Source: Octopus bimaculoides (taxonomy: Eukaryota). From it: a DNA stretch of 64,000 nucleotides. The translations under genes and the position numbers were made by a program. Shown here piece after piece: positions 51,655 through 63,820 of the stretch. A model generated the notes under the pieces. It saw nothing but the letters and a program-made list of their open reading frames with translations, was not told where the DNA came from and did not search any database. The stretch lies in NCBI RefSeq assembly GCF_001194135.2, contig NC_068988.1:68935345-68999344 (forward strand), written 5' to 3'. Numbering within the stretch: position 1 is the first letter of the stretch; each line of letters opens with the position of its first letter.

Positions 51655-54287
51655 GTGGCAATGAGGATTTAAACAACTCACAAGAAATTCATAAACTTAA
51701 TGAGGATTTAAACAACTCATGAAGAATTAATAAACTCGACAAGGATTTTAACAGCTCACAAGGAATTAACTCATGAGGCGTTAACAAACTCACAAAAGCT
51801 TTTGCTTTGCAAATCTTACAAAAAAAAAATAATAATCCTAGAATTGTGGCAGATATGTTAGCCAGTTTGCTTGAGTTCCAAAAACAGCAACTGAAAGAAC
51901 AACAGCAGTAGCTACAACTACGAGAACAACAGCCAAAGCAACAACAACAACTGAAAGAAGAGCAATAGCAGCAGATACAACTGAAAAAGGAACAACAGAA
52001 GCAACAACAACAACAAATTATATTCTAACAACAAATGCTGCAATAACTGAAGTCATCAGGAAAGTCAGAAAAAGTGTTCTCGACAGACTATGTAGTGAAC
52101 TCCATAACAGAGTTCAAATACGAATCTGATAAAAGAGTTATCTTCAAAACATACTACAAAAGATACGAGCAAATCTTTGAGAAAGAATGCAAAGATTGGG
52201 ATGACAAGATAAAAACGTGCTTAATCTTGAGAAACTAGCAACATGAACATGAACGTACAGTAATTATGTTCTCTCAAGCAAACCTTCTGATATAAACTTT
52301 AATGACACAATAAATATATTGTGTCAAATTTTCAATGAGAAAAGCTCATTGTTCAACTTAAAGAGGTAAACATAGACGAGGACTATATCACATATGCTGG
52401 TTGAGTAAACAGGAAATGTGAGATGCTTAAGTAGGAAGAATAAACGCCAGATATGTTTAAATGTCTGACTTTTACACAGGGACTTACAGCCGAAAAGGAC
52501 GCAGAAGTTAGAACTAGAATTCTTGCAAAGCTAGAACAAAACCAGGAGGCAACCCTACAGCAATCGTCAGAAGAAGGTGAAAAGATAGTCAAATTAGCAG
52601 ACAACACAGAGGAAATCGAATGGAAAGATTGTTTCCAAGTAAAACAAGTGTGAAATAGTCAGAATAGAGATAAAGTGTTTTCTAAAAAACACGACAAAAT
52701 TCAGATAATAAACCCATGTTTTGCATGTGGAAGTATACACCCAAGGAAAAATTGTCCATTGAAACATACAGAGTGCTTTTATTATGAAATTATAGGACAT
52801 ATAAAGATGCATTGTAGAACAATGATGACAAAATATCAGAACAAAGGAAAAAAATAAATAGTATGTCATTGGAAGCAATTAGTAATATAACGATGAGGAA
52901 ATTCGTGAAGGTGAAAATCAGAAATACAAGTGTTAAAATGCAGTTGGACTCTGGTAGTGATATCACCATTATAAACAAAAATAATTGGAAATATGTCAGG
53001 AAGCTGAGATTGATTAGATCAAAATGGGTAGTACATGGTGTTATGGGAAAAAGATTATACTATTTTGGTGAATTTGTATGTTATGTGACATTTCAAGGTC
53101 AAACAAAAAAGGCAACGATATATGTGTTAAAATATCCACTTAATTCATTCGGCACAGAACTAGTCAAAGTATGGAATATGCCCATAAGTATTTTGTGTGG
53201 AAATATAGTTGGTTCAGTCCAAGGCTCAAAAGCAGCTGAGGGACTGAAACAAAAAAATTACAGTAAAATAGAGTGGAACACCTTTATGTAAACCAAACCA
53301 AAATGAAAACTCACTCACGATAAAAAGTAAACATTGTTCAAAAGTAAATGTTCTGTGGTCAAGACTGCACATTGATTTCGCTGATCCTTTAAATGATTCT
53401 TACTATTTAGTGGTAGTTGATAATTTCTCAAAATGTCCAGACATTTGTAAGTGTAAAAAAAACAATCTCCTCAACTGTGATAAAATTTTTACATGGATTG
53501 CTTGCAAGATTTGACATATCAAACAAGATAGTGTTTGACAATGGAAAGCAATTTGTGTCTAGTGAATTTTATAAATTTTGTTAAACGTTCATGGTAGAAC
53601 ATATAACTACGGTGCCATACCAATCCAAATCTAATGGACAGGCAGAACGTTTTGTCAATATCTTGAAGAGAGCCCTTAGAAAATTGAATAAAGAAGTCAC
53701 AGATGAGGTAGCTCTACAACAATTTTTAAGAGTGCATTGTGTGACACCAAATCCAAATACACCAGCCAGTAGCTCACCAGTCTGATGTTTGAAAGGAAAG
53801 TAAAATCAGTTTTTGATAAATCGCTACTTGGCAAGGAAATAAAAAGTGCCAGGGAAGACAGCAAGATTCTTTAAAGTTGGTGAAAAGGTGTATATGAGGG
53901 CATACAAGAATAGAAAACAGAGTTAGGAAGACGGCATCATTATCAAATGCATAGGTTAAATGATGTATTGGGTAAAAAGTAGAAAAGGCATTCAAAAGAG
54001 ATACAGGAGCCAACTGAAAAAGACATTCATGGAAAGCAAACCAAGGTAGTTGGAGAAACCAATAGAATGGTTGTACAATACATTCCAAGTACCAACACCA
54101 CTGCAGGTGACTGAACCCAGGCGTACAAGTGAGAGAAAAAGAAAATATACAGAGTTCCTGAAAATAGATACCAAGTGCAAAAAATATCAAATCATAAGAA
54201 AAGAATCTCAAAAAAGGGAGGTGGGGTGAAAAAAAAAATTATTGCTAAATAAAATGACACTTCCTAAGAAAAACTTAAAAGGGGTGA

Positions 54288-54489
54288 TGTTGTAGGGAAT
54301 TAGGAATAATGGTACACCCATCCTACATGACATATAGTATGACATAGTCACTATAAATAGGAGAGTATGAGACACTACAACAGAGTACATAGTTGGTGGT
54401 CAGAGATAGTTGTGTCTTTACTGGTTTTACTAAGTATACTGTATACCGAAGTGGGCATTATAAGAATCCAACATTTTAAGGATATAATA
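54288..54489 (+). repeat. 3' LTR
   Basis: Starts TGTTG after the purine tract; roughly 85% similar to the 5' LTR by eye. Confidence 0.85.
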
Positions 54490-55267
54490 GTACCTTGCAG
54501 TAGGACTGAACACTGAACCATGTAGTTGGGAGGCAAACTTCTTACCAAACAGCCATGCCTTTGCCTATACATATACATACATTTAACACACATATTGTCA
54601 TTTATCTTTTGTCTTTTACTTGTTTCAGTCATTGGACTGCAGCCATTCTGTTGCACTACCTAGAAAGGTTTAGTTGAACAAATTGATGCCAGTATTATAT
54701 GGAGAGTCATTGAGATACTTGACATATGACATGAGGACAACATGCTGATTTGGAGTGGTGTGAGGCCACTCTAACTCCAGTGGGGATGTAGAGCAACCAA
54801 TGAAGTTGTTAAGATATACAACAATTAGATTCTGAATGTAAATTTGGAAGTGTGAGAGACACCATATGTTACAACAACAGCCTGTTTAACAACTATGAAC
54901 ATCTTTACTTCACAATGAATTGTTAAAAGTTCAATATTTGTGATTCCATATTAAGTGGTTTTCTTGAAGCTGTCTTTTATGTTATTCGAGTCTAAACACA
55001 AAAGCAAAGTACAGATTGAATCACCCACCACCACACAACAATATTTTTAGATTCCCATAATATCAAACTGCATCAATCCTATACAAATCAACTCTGAACT
55101 AAACTAGCTCTTTCAATATCCATTCATTAATTGACCTGAGAGTTTCACACCCCAAAAGGAGCTTTTGATAAGACAAATATGAGTTATATAATAACAGTTT
55201 ATCTCTCCACAAATAGCCATTGCTGTGCAAATGGTAGCTGTTTTAATCAAATAGGTTCCTTTTATAC

Positions 55268-55338
55268 TTCAATTCTTGCAGAACTAGATGCTTCAATTTT
55301 TCTATAGAAAGCTTCCCTCCTAATAAAACTTTTCAATT
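55268..55338 (-). CDS. Candidate exon (LKSFIRREAFYRKIEASSSARIE)
   Basis: Acceptor atttcatcttattgccag, donor gtataa; phase 1 to 0. Confidence 0.2.
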
Positions 55339-55929
55339 CTGGCAATAAGATGAAATATTCTGTGTTAACATTAGATAAACAGAAAACTATTCAATTTGAA
55401 GCTGCAACACACTAATTGAATTTCTGTGTTCGAATACCTTAGGAATATTTGTCCATTCCAGAACACTATTTTCTACATAATAATATAAATTCATGTCAAT
55501 AGCTTCCAAAGTAAAATACTAAGTGTCTCCACTTGAACCAATGAACTGAAACCAAATATAAGTTTATTAAATTCCTCTGTTTGGATCACTGGTATAGATT
55601 AGTGAATGGTTATTGAATATGAAATATTGAAGCAAATATTAAATGCAGGTTGTGCTGTACAAGACATCTTTTGGATATGAAGTGTCTGATATGAATATTC
55701 AGACAATCAAATATTAATTTACAGGTTGTTTTGGAAAAAAATGCTGTAGATTTAAATGATGATATTCTACATGTTTGGATATTTCTGAAAATATGAAATA
55801 GTTGTTACTCAAAGTACATGTTAAAGGTTATTATTTTAAAGCTAGTTTAAGACAACAACAGAAAATTTATTGATAGTGTTACTCAATGTTGCAAGTAGAA
55901 TCAGCATGAACTTTAATATAATACACAAA

Positions 55930-56195
55930 AAACAAGAACAGCAACAGCAGCAAGAAGAAGAAGAAGAAGAAGCAGAAGAAGAAGAAGAAGCAGAAGAAAC
56001 AGAAGAAGAAGAAGAAGAAGAAGGAGAAGAAGAAGAAGAAGAAGAAGAAGGAGAAGAAAAAGAAGAAGAAGAAGGAGAAGAAGAAGAAGAAGAAGAAGAA
56101 GAAGAAGAAGAAGAAGAAGAAGAAGAAGAAGAAGAAGCAGAAGAAGCAGAAGAAGAAGAAGAAGAAGAAGAAGAAGAAGAAGAAGAAGAAGAAAT
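55930..56195. repeat. (GAA)n microsatellite with GCA/GGA interruptions
   Basis: Direct reading; source of the poly-Glu ORF. Confidence 0.95.
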
Positions 56196-56199
56196 GTAG

Positions 56200-57830
56200 T
56201 AGTAAATTATTTGTTATTCATTGACAAAGATATCAAGCAACTCGATACTTTGGTAAATACAGTCATCTTCAATCATGGTATGAACATGGGGTTTGGAGTT
56301 AATAGGGTATCATGGTAGTGAAAAGAGATGAGTATGAATATAGTGAAGGGTTAAAATAATCAATAGACAAGGAAATTAAGAAAGTTGACAAAGGTGAAGG
56401 AGACAAGTATCTTAGTACATTTGATACAGATGGTATCAAAAGGTGTGAGATAAAAGAAAAGTTCTCAGGAATATTTGAGTAAGGTGAGAGAAGTCTTGGA
56501 ATCAAAATTTAATGGTGTAAATACTATCACTGATATTAACTCAATGGTCATTAGCATAACAAAGTATGGAGGAGATATAGTCAAATGGACGAAGGATGAC
56601 CTAAAGCTCTTTGACAGATGCACCAGAAAATTGTTAATGATATATAGAGTATTCCATTCCCAAGGAGATGTTGATTGGCTATGTTTGAAGAGATGTATAG
56701 GAGGACGAAGATTAATAAGTGCTGGGGATTCTGTGAATATGGAGGTTGCCAATCTCATAAAGTACATCAATGAAAGTAATGAAAAGTTAATTAAGTCAGT
56801 AACATAGGAAAAGGAAAATATCTTTGATCATGTGAAGAAGGAAGATGTACAACATGAAAAGGAAAGGTCCTCTTGTAACAAACATTTACATAACAAATTC
56901 TTTGTAATTACAGATTTGAGGAAATGAGAGTTAGAACTGGCAGAAAAAGCAGCCTGGAAAGAGAGACCGAAAGAGTTATTATGTATCTACTGGAGCAAGC
57001 ATTGCAAATGAGAAACATCAGGAAAGTCTAAGACAAAGAAAATATTGATAGGATGTGTAGGATGTGTGGTTAAAGAGAAGAAACAATTGCACATATAGTT
57101 TCAGAATGTCTAAAACTAACACAGAAAGAGTAAAAAAATTGGAGACATGATGGAGAGACATGATAGAAAGGCAAACGTTGAACATTGGGAAAATTATAAG
57201 TACAAACTTTTTTCTCCTGAAAAGTGGTACGACCCTAAGGTGGAGAATGAAAATATAAAGATCCTGTGAGATTGTAAATTGTAGGCAGATAAGGTCATGG
57301 AACACTCTTGATCTGACATTGTTATCTTTTGAAAAAAGTCACATGAGTGGTAGATATTTTTTTAGTCTTTTACTTGTTTCAGTCATTTGACTGCAGCCAT
57401 GATGGAGTTCCACCTTGAGAAAAAAATATGGAATGCTTCACGAATTTGCATGTTATCTTTGCACAGGAGTCATGCTAAACTTCTCTCTATTGTTCCAATT
57501 TTAGAATATGTACTGCCATAGCTAGTATGCTTCTTTTGATACCAGAGTGAAAGAGAAAAAACAAGAAAAGTTTGAGAAGTACAATGATTTCAGATATGAG
57601 ATTGGGCAGCTGTGGTAATGTAGGAGAATAATGGTAGTTCTACTTGTCATCAGTGTGTTGGGCATTGTAAGCAGAAATTTTGAAAAATTTGAGGAACATT
57701 TTGATTGCGGCATAAACTTCTCTGTTATGCAGAAAGACTGTTTATTAGGTACAGCAAGAATCTTAAGAAAAGTATGAAGTGAAATGAATTGGCATAAAAC
57801 CTAAGATTGAGAGATAAAAACAAATAATAA
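56200..57830 (+). mobile_element. 5'-truncated R4/Dong-clade LINE (RT C-half, CCHC knuckle, RLE)
   Basis: KVREVLESKFNGVNTITDINS...KWTKDDLKLFDRCTRKLL...HSQGDVDWLCLKRCIGGRRLIS; CRMC...ETIAHIVSEC; KYNDFRYEI...CLLGTARILRKV*; AAT-rich tail; many disablements. Confidence 0.88.
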
Positions 57831-57849
57831 CAATGAACCTTACTACTAT

Positions 57850-58060
57850 ATGCACAAGGCCTGCAATTTCAGAAAAGGGGCCAGTCAATTACATCAATCC
57901 CAGTGCTCAACTGGTACTTATTTTATCAACCCCAAACAGATGAAACATAAAGTTGACCTTGGTGGAATTTGAACTCAGAATGTAGATAGAAGGAATAACA
58001 CAAAGAATTTTGCTAGATACATTCATGATTCTATCGATATTTGTTTCAGATTTTGCTATA
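57850..58060 (-). mobile_element. Meta-domain-like SINE
   Basis: Reverse complement of the 44300-44480 family; another copy at ~58490-58680. Confidence 0.7.
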
Positions 58061-58711
58061 AAGCTAACAATTTTGTTGAGAAAAATTTAATCGCTAACAT
58101 TGGCCCTAGAAGGATAGGTGAAGCTGATGTTAGTGATATTTGAATTCAGACCATAAAGCACTGGAAGAAACATCAAAGTATTTCGTGTCTTGTTTCAATG
58201 ATTTTGCCAACCCACCTCCCAGTAATAATAATAATAATAATAATAATGTGGCAGGCCAGACCCCAAAACTGCTCTGTTGGTGACAGGATTTTGAGATTGG
58301 TGATTGTGTATTGAGTATCTTCTCTGATAGTTAACTTCCAAGTACCAAGTCTTATAATTTGTGGAAAGTGACATTGTGAGACCTCTGAAAACAGGTTGCC
58401 GTCTGCTCTCACAGAACCAACCAGAGCAAGTAAGATTGAGATATCTGAAAAGTAAAATATAGTAATAATACTAACAACAATAATTACAACAATTCTTTCT
58501 AAATTTTGGCACAAAGCCAGCAATTATGGTGCAAGTGAATGTCAATTGCAGTAATCCAAGCGCTCAGCTGGTACTTATTTTATTGACTCCAAAACGATAA
58601 AAGGTGGTATTTGAGCTTCGAATGTAAAGAGCTGGAAGATACGTCACGTAGCATTCTGTGTGGTATGCTAACAATTTTCTTAACTTGTTACCTTAGCAAA
58701 AATTATAGCAA

Positions 58712-58940
58712 TATAGTAATCCCTCACCATATCACAATTCAACTATTGTGATCTATTATTTAAGCTTACATTGATTCCTCTTTGGTGTTGTTTTGCATTC
58801 ATAATAAAATAAATATATAAAAATATATAAAAATAAGATTAAAAACATATACAGTAGAGTACTGTTTCTACTTCGTAGATTTTCACCTATCGCAGGGGTT
58901 TTGGGAATGTAACACCTGCGATAGTCGAGGGATTACTGTA
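58712..58940. mobile_element. Tigger-like MITE
   Basis: TA-flanked TIRs TAGTAATCCCTCACCATATC / GATAGTCGAGGGATTACTGTA and internal CTATCGCAGG...CCTGCGATAG hairpin. Confidence 0.6.
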
Positions 58941-59785
58941 ATAATCTTTTCCTATTAGCCACAACAGCCCATGAGATACAACAAATATAAACTTTCTTAA
59001 GGGGTTACAAAGAGTTTTTATTCAGAGTTATTGGCCTTTCAACACAAGTCAAGAATCATATCTCACTCATAAGTAGTATTTTTTAGCTTGGTTTCTATGG
59101 CTGATGGCTGGCATTGTATTCAACATTAAAATGTATACCAAAAAAATTGTGATGCCCAAGTGAGATGTGCTCTCACAAGATGAAAGAGCATCCCCACCTT
59201 CTCTGCATTGTCATTATATATGTTTTTTCCCTTTCTTTCTTACTTTACATCTATCATAAATTGAATTTTTTGTTACTTTTACTTGGATCAATGAATTATC
59301 AGATAACAGAATAATGGCAAAACATCATTCTTATCCCAAAAGTATAGCCATCAAACTTTATATCTGTTATATCTATTTTGCATTGCTCAAACTCATAAGC
59401 ATAAGCCACTGTGGAACCTTATATGGAGGAAATCTCAGTAAAAGTTTCCTAGAATAAAAAAAAATACCTTTTTTTCTTTTTTGGCTAAATCAGATCTAAG
59501 AATGGTCTCCTAGGTTGGTGGAGATGAATTATCAGTTATAAAGTTTTATAAATCTTGAAAAGATTGGCTGGTGATACGGAAAATTTTTAATTATAGGTAT
59601 GCCAAGCCAGGGTTAAACCTAGAACTAAATGACAACAGCATTATACAGCTAAATCTTTCAGCAAACTCCATAATGTCATTTAAACAGAAGCCTTACAGTT
59701 GGCAGCATTTATATCCAACAATATATACACAAACCAATGAGGGGTCCTCTTGATAAAACGAGTTCTTACACTTGACAACAGTCAG

Positions 59786-59825
<40 letters not shown>

Positions 59826-59904
59826 GCCAATGGGGAAGCTTCTTCAGAGTCAATGAACCTACTCAAAATAGTAGCAAGTCTTCTTTAGATCACCTCCCAC
59901 AATA

Positions 59905-60131
59905 TTAACACTTTAACATTCAGATTATTCTGTCAAATGTAATGTTTATTTATTCACATTGTCTTGAATAAGTCATATATTATCTTGTAGCCTTGAGATT
60001 TCGATGATGTGAATGTTTATTTTTAGAGTGACATAGTAGAGTAGTGTGAGAGGCCTTATCTGGTTGATTTGAACATAAAATAAGTAGAGTATTTGGGCCT
60101 GATATGGCCAGTCTGTAAGCTAAAGAGTTAA
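59905..60131. mobile_element. TTAA-type MITE, copy 1
   Basis: TTAACACTTTAACATT...AAGCTAAAGAGTTAA, 227 bp including TTAA ends. Confidence 0.75.
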
Positions 60132-60237
60132 ACAAGGAAGGACATATTGAATAATATATCTCTCCTTACGTTTAAAAGGATAGGATGGTTAACCTGGAAG
60201 GCTTTTGATTGTTTAATCAATCCAACTGTAGTCAAGG

Positions 60238-60463
60238 TTAACCCTTTAGCATTCTGGTTTCTCTGTGAAATGTACAGCTTTATTTATATTGCTTTGAATT
60301 AATCATGAATTATTTTGTTGCTTTGAGAAAGCAATGTTGTGTCTGTTTACTTTTAGAATGACATTTTGAAGGTTGGTGTGAGAGGCTGGATCTGGCCAGT
60401 TTGAACATAAAGCAAGTACAATATTTTGGCTGGATATATTCATTTTAAATGCTAAAAGGTTAA
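60238..60463. mobile_element. TTAA-type MITE, copy 2
   Basis: TTAACCCTTTAGCATT...AATGCTAAAAGGTTAA, 226 bp, homologous to copy 1. Confidence 0.8.
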
Positions 60464-61985
60464 ACAACAGCAGTGCACACACGCAATAAATCCAAAATGA
60501 TCCCAAAGACACCAATCAATCAATGATCATCAATCTTCAACTATGACACTTGAGTGTGGATTATTGGACAGAAAACAGTGAAATATTATTAGCATAAACA
60601 GTGGCAGTTAGAGAAAAATTTGCATGCAATAAATCAGACATGGAATGAAAGTAGAGTAAACTGCTTCCAAAAATTTTATTAGAATTAGTATCAGAACTAT
60701 CAAATTTATTAGATTTTGATCATGATTTCAGATTAAGCATTAACAGGTCTTTAAAAGGGTCAAAGCTGTAACTTTAGAAATAACATTGCTCAAGAATTCT
60801 ATTTAGCTTGTGAAAATGGTCTTTTAGAAATTTATAAAAAAGCACATTACTATTCAATCAAATTATACTAGATTGCCAATATTAGTGACAAGTAAGCTTT
60901 ACTGTTCCTATCCAATGAAAATGCTTCCAAACAAAAACTTCAACAGCTGATCAGGAAACTTAATAAGAAATAGAATAGAATTTTCTTTTTTAATTTCTGT
61001 TACAAAAAAAGAAAGAAACAAGAAAAGAAAAAATACTATTTTGTTACAAGAAGCTCTGCCTGAAAACCAATTAAATTCAATACTCGTTTTATTTTGTGTT
61101 ATTTTTAACCTAGAAATATTAAGTGAAGACTGCATTAGCATGTTATAGTATTGTGTTACCCATGTGAAAATCTTCAATAAGGATTGCGAATTGAAATTTA
61201 AATTGAGAATTGATTTTGTTTTTAAATCAATTTCAAGCAAATATAATGAAAATACAAATTGAAAATAAGATTGCTTGGGAAAATAACAATCAGGAGGTTT
61301 TAGATATAAAGTCAAATGCTAATTATTTTCCATTTACTATTTCGCATCTATTTTCAATGTTAATATGGATTGGTTACTTTGTACAAATATCTAACAGTTC
61401 TAAAATTAAATTTATAAAGGGATTTACAAACATCTGTTTAATGAAATAGGCCCTGTAATTATATAGTTATAAATTTAATATAAAATACTCTATACTGGTA
61501 TCTCATTTAATATGAATAACGTTTTAGCAATTAGTATTAACAGCTGCATAATAATCCTATCTCCAAATGATCAACTGGATTAGATCTGCCATCATAATGT
61601 TGTTCTACAAAACATCACAAGATATTAATGGGTTGTTCTAAAAATTCTAATAATAACTCAGGTGAAAATGATTCACAACACAGTGTAGCAGCTAATTACC
61701 AGAACAATTGCATTATGGTGTGGATGTCTATATTGTAATTTCAAATCAAACTATGATAAGCTTTACTTTATATCATTTCAGATTCAACATGATAGCAAAC
61801 TAGGCTAATAGGACTGACAGAACTATAAGGAACTATAAGAGTGTTGGACAAAATGCTTTGCAGTACTTGTTCCAGCTATCAGCATTCTGATGACGATGTC
61901 AATGATGACAGATGTACCAAGATATGTATTGGCTCTTGCCTTCCCCTTGATCTATATTAATACTTTGTACAGAAGTAGGACTTAC

Positions 61986-62076
61986 AAAAATAGCCAGCAT
62001 TGCTCAGGCCCATCACCAGACTTTGGTGATAGAGGTGCTTCTGAATATTCTGGGTGGGCACTAGCTTCTAATAATG
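61986..62076 (-). CDS. Candidate exon (LLEASAHPEYSEAPLSPKSGDGPEQCWLF), product unknown
   Basis: Donor gtaagt, acceptor ttattttgaaactccaatgtag, 91 nt open frame richer in GC than its flanks (phase 1 to 2). Confidence 0.45.
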
Positions 62077-62954
62077 CTACATTGGAGTTTCAAAATAAGT
62101 GCATCACTGTAAAGTTTTTCAATAATTTCATCAATTGGCAGAATTCTGATCAAGGCACACCATTAAATCTGTCATAACTATTATTATTATTATTATTTTT
62201 TTTTTTTGTGTTTTCAGAAAATTTCTGTTCAATTCACTGTATCACATATTATTAAACAAAATGATTTCTTTTTTAATTACTTCACCCACTCCCCCATTGT
62301 TTTAATCCTAAAATTTTGACTGTTTTTCAAATTTTTTTTAAAATAATTGTTTTAAAATACAGACAGTCGAAATCTGCCATTTGTTTCTGTTAGTAACATC
62401 CAAATAATTTTCAGACAAAAAGTTGTGTGATTTGGGGGATCTAGTTGTTATTTCTAGTATATTCCATGGCCATCAGGTACCTTCTTCGTTTCTCTGTCAC
62501 TCTGACAGATATTGATGCTTTTCAATATTTTTCTCCCCATAAACACATTTAATGGAATGGTGGTGCAGAAGTTACACACAGGTTTTGTTTAGCTCAAGAG
62601 TGGTCCATTCCTGGGATTTAAGTAAAAAAATTTGTTTTTGTAATTTAAACTTTTAACACCCTCCTCACCCTGCATGAAGTTAGTGTGTGTGTGCACGCAT
62701 GCATGCATGTGCATGTGAAAGAAAAAACGTATTTATTAACAGAAAATTATCTTTTATATACATTTTTAAAATCCCTGTGGATAAATCCCAGCAATCTTAG
62801 TCTCTCCAAAACCGTGGTTGATATGGGTTAAGTCTAATTTGAGCATCCATAAGGATTTATGAGAGGTGGATGAAAAAATTTTAACCTCAAAAAATTTATT
62901 GACATAATCTTACAAGTGAGGGTTTGCATCATGCAAATTCACAAAAATTCAGAA

Positions 62955-63400
62955 GTGGCTGTATGGTAAGTAGCTTGCTTACCAACCACATGGTTCTGGG
63001 TTCAGTCCCACTGTGTGGCACCTTGGGAAAATGTCTTCTACTATAGCCTCATGCCAACTAAAGCCTTGTGAGTAGATTTGGTAGACGGAAANNNNNNNNN
63101 NCTTGGGAAAATGTCTTCTACTATAGCCTCATGCCAACTAAAGCCTTGTGAGTAGATTTGGTAGACGGAAACTGAAAGAAGCCCAGTGTGTGTGTGTGTG
63201 TGTGTGTGTCTGTGTTTGTCTCCCTAACATCGCTTGACAACTGATGCTGCTGTGTTTACGTTCCCGTAACTTAGCGGTTTGGCAAAAGAGACTGATAGAA
63301 TAAATACTAGGCTTACAAACAATAAGTCCTGAGATCGATTTGCTCAACTAAATGGCTGCAGTCAAATGACTGAAACAAGCAGAAGAATAAAAGAAAAAAG
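62955..63400 (+). mobile_element. CORE-type SINE split by a 10-N gap
   Basis: Head, CORE-like motif, (GT)n, 3' module; 63023-63091 is repeated at 63102-63170 across the gap. Confidence 0.85.
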
Positions 63401-63761
63401 AATAGATACCAAGAACTGAAAATAGTTATGAGTGGTTACATGGTGTGTTTTGATACACAATTGATGGTAGGCCCTGTGCATGTGAGTTTTTTTAACTTTT
63501 TGAATTTGGACTTTGAAAGATTTCAAAAATTATTTTGAAATTATACACAGTAATAAATGACAGATAGATTCAGACTGTCCATACTTTGAAAATTATAATA
63601 AAAAAATTTGTTTTAATGATTGATTGCAAACCTGTAAAAATAGTTTTGCAAAATTTCTACATTTTAAGCCCTTCACCCCCTCCACTTCACCCTCCTCCTC
63701 CCCCACGTACACTACAAGCCATAACATTTTCAATTTTGACCTTTTACAAACATTATTTCAG

Positions 63762-63820
63762 AACTTCTTCAAACATTGGGAATGTTGATTACACAGAAAT
63801 GCTTTCCATTTTTGCAACCT
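63762..63820 (+). CDS. Candidate 59 nt exon (TSSNIGNVDYTEMLSIFAT or LLQTLGMLITQKCFPFLQP)
   Basis: Acceptor acattatttcag, donor gtatgg, two open frames; unlinked. Confidence 0.2.

Larger units (their letters stand above)
51476..54489 (+). mobile_element. Gypsy (Mag/K02A2.6-like) LTR retrotransposon relic lacking RT/RNase H
   Basis: gag-like KRYEQIFEKECKDWDDKIKTCLILRKL; knuckle remnant CFACGSIHPRKNC; protease MQLDSGSDITII; integrase WSRLHIDFA...DNGKQFVS...PYQSKSNGQAERFV; two LTRs, PBS, purine tract AAAAGGGG before the 3' LTR. Confidence 0.9.

Noticed and set aside
51660-51800. CRISPR-like appearance of the 39 bp array
   Set aside because: No unique spacers, eukaryotic context, no cas genes.
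55870-56199. Poly-Glu ORF of 109 aa
   Set aside because: Translation of a (GAA)n microsatellite; no splice or domain support.
59571-59753. Two LxLxxNxI motifs suggesting leucine-rich repeats
   Set aside because: Motifs are only 10 residues apart, not the usual 20-29, and no further repeats follow.
61890-62177. 95 aa plus-strand ORF
   Set aside because: No recognisable domain; better explained as the antisense of the splice-bounded minus-strand candidate exon at 61986-62076.
63023-63170. 69 bp direct repeat inside a SINE
   Set aside because: Identical copies flank a 10-N gap; typical unmerged contig overlap.
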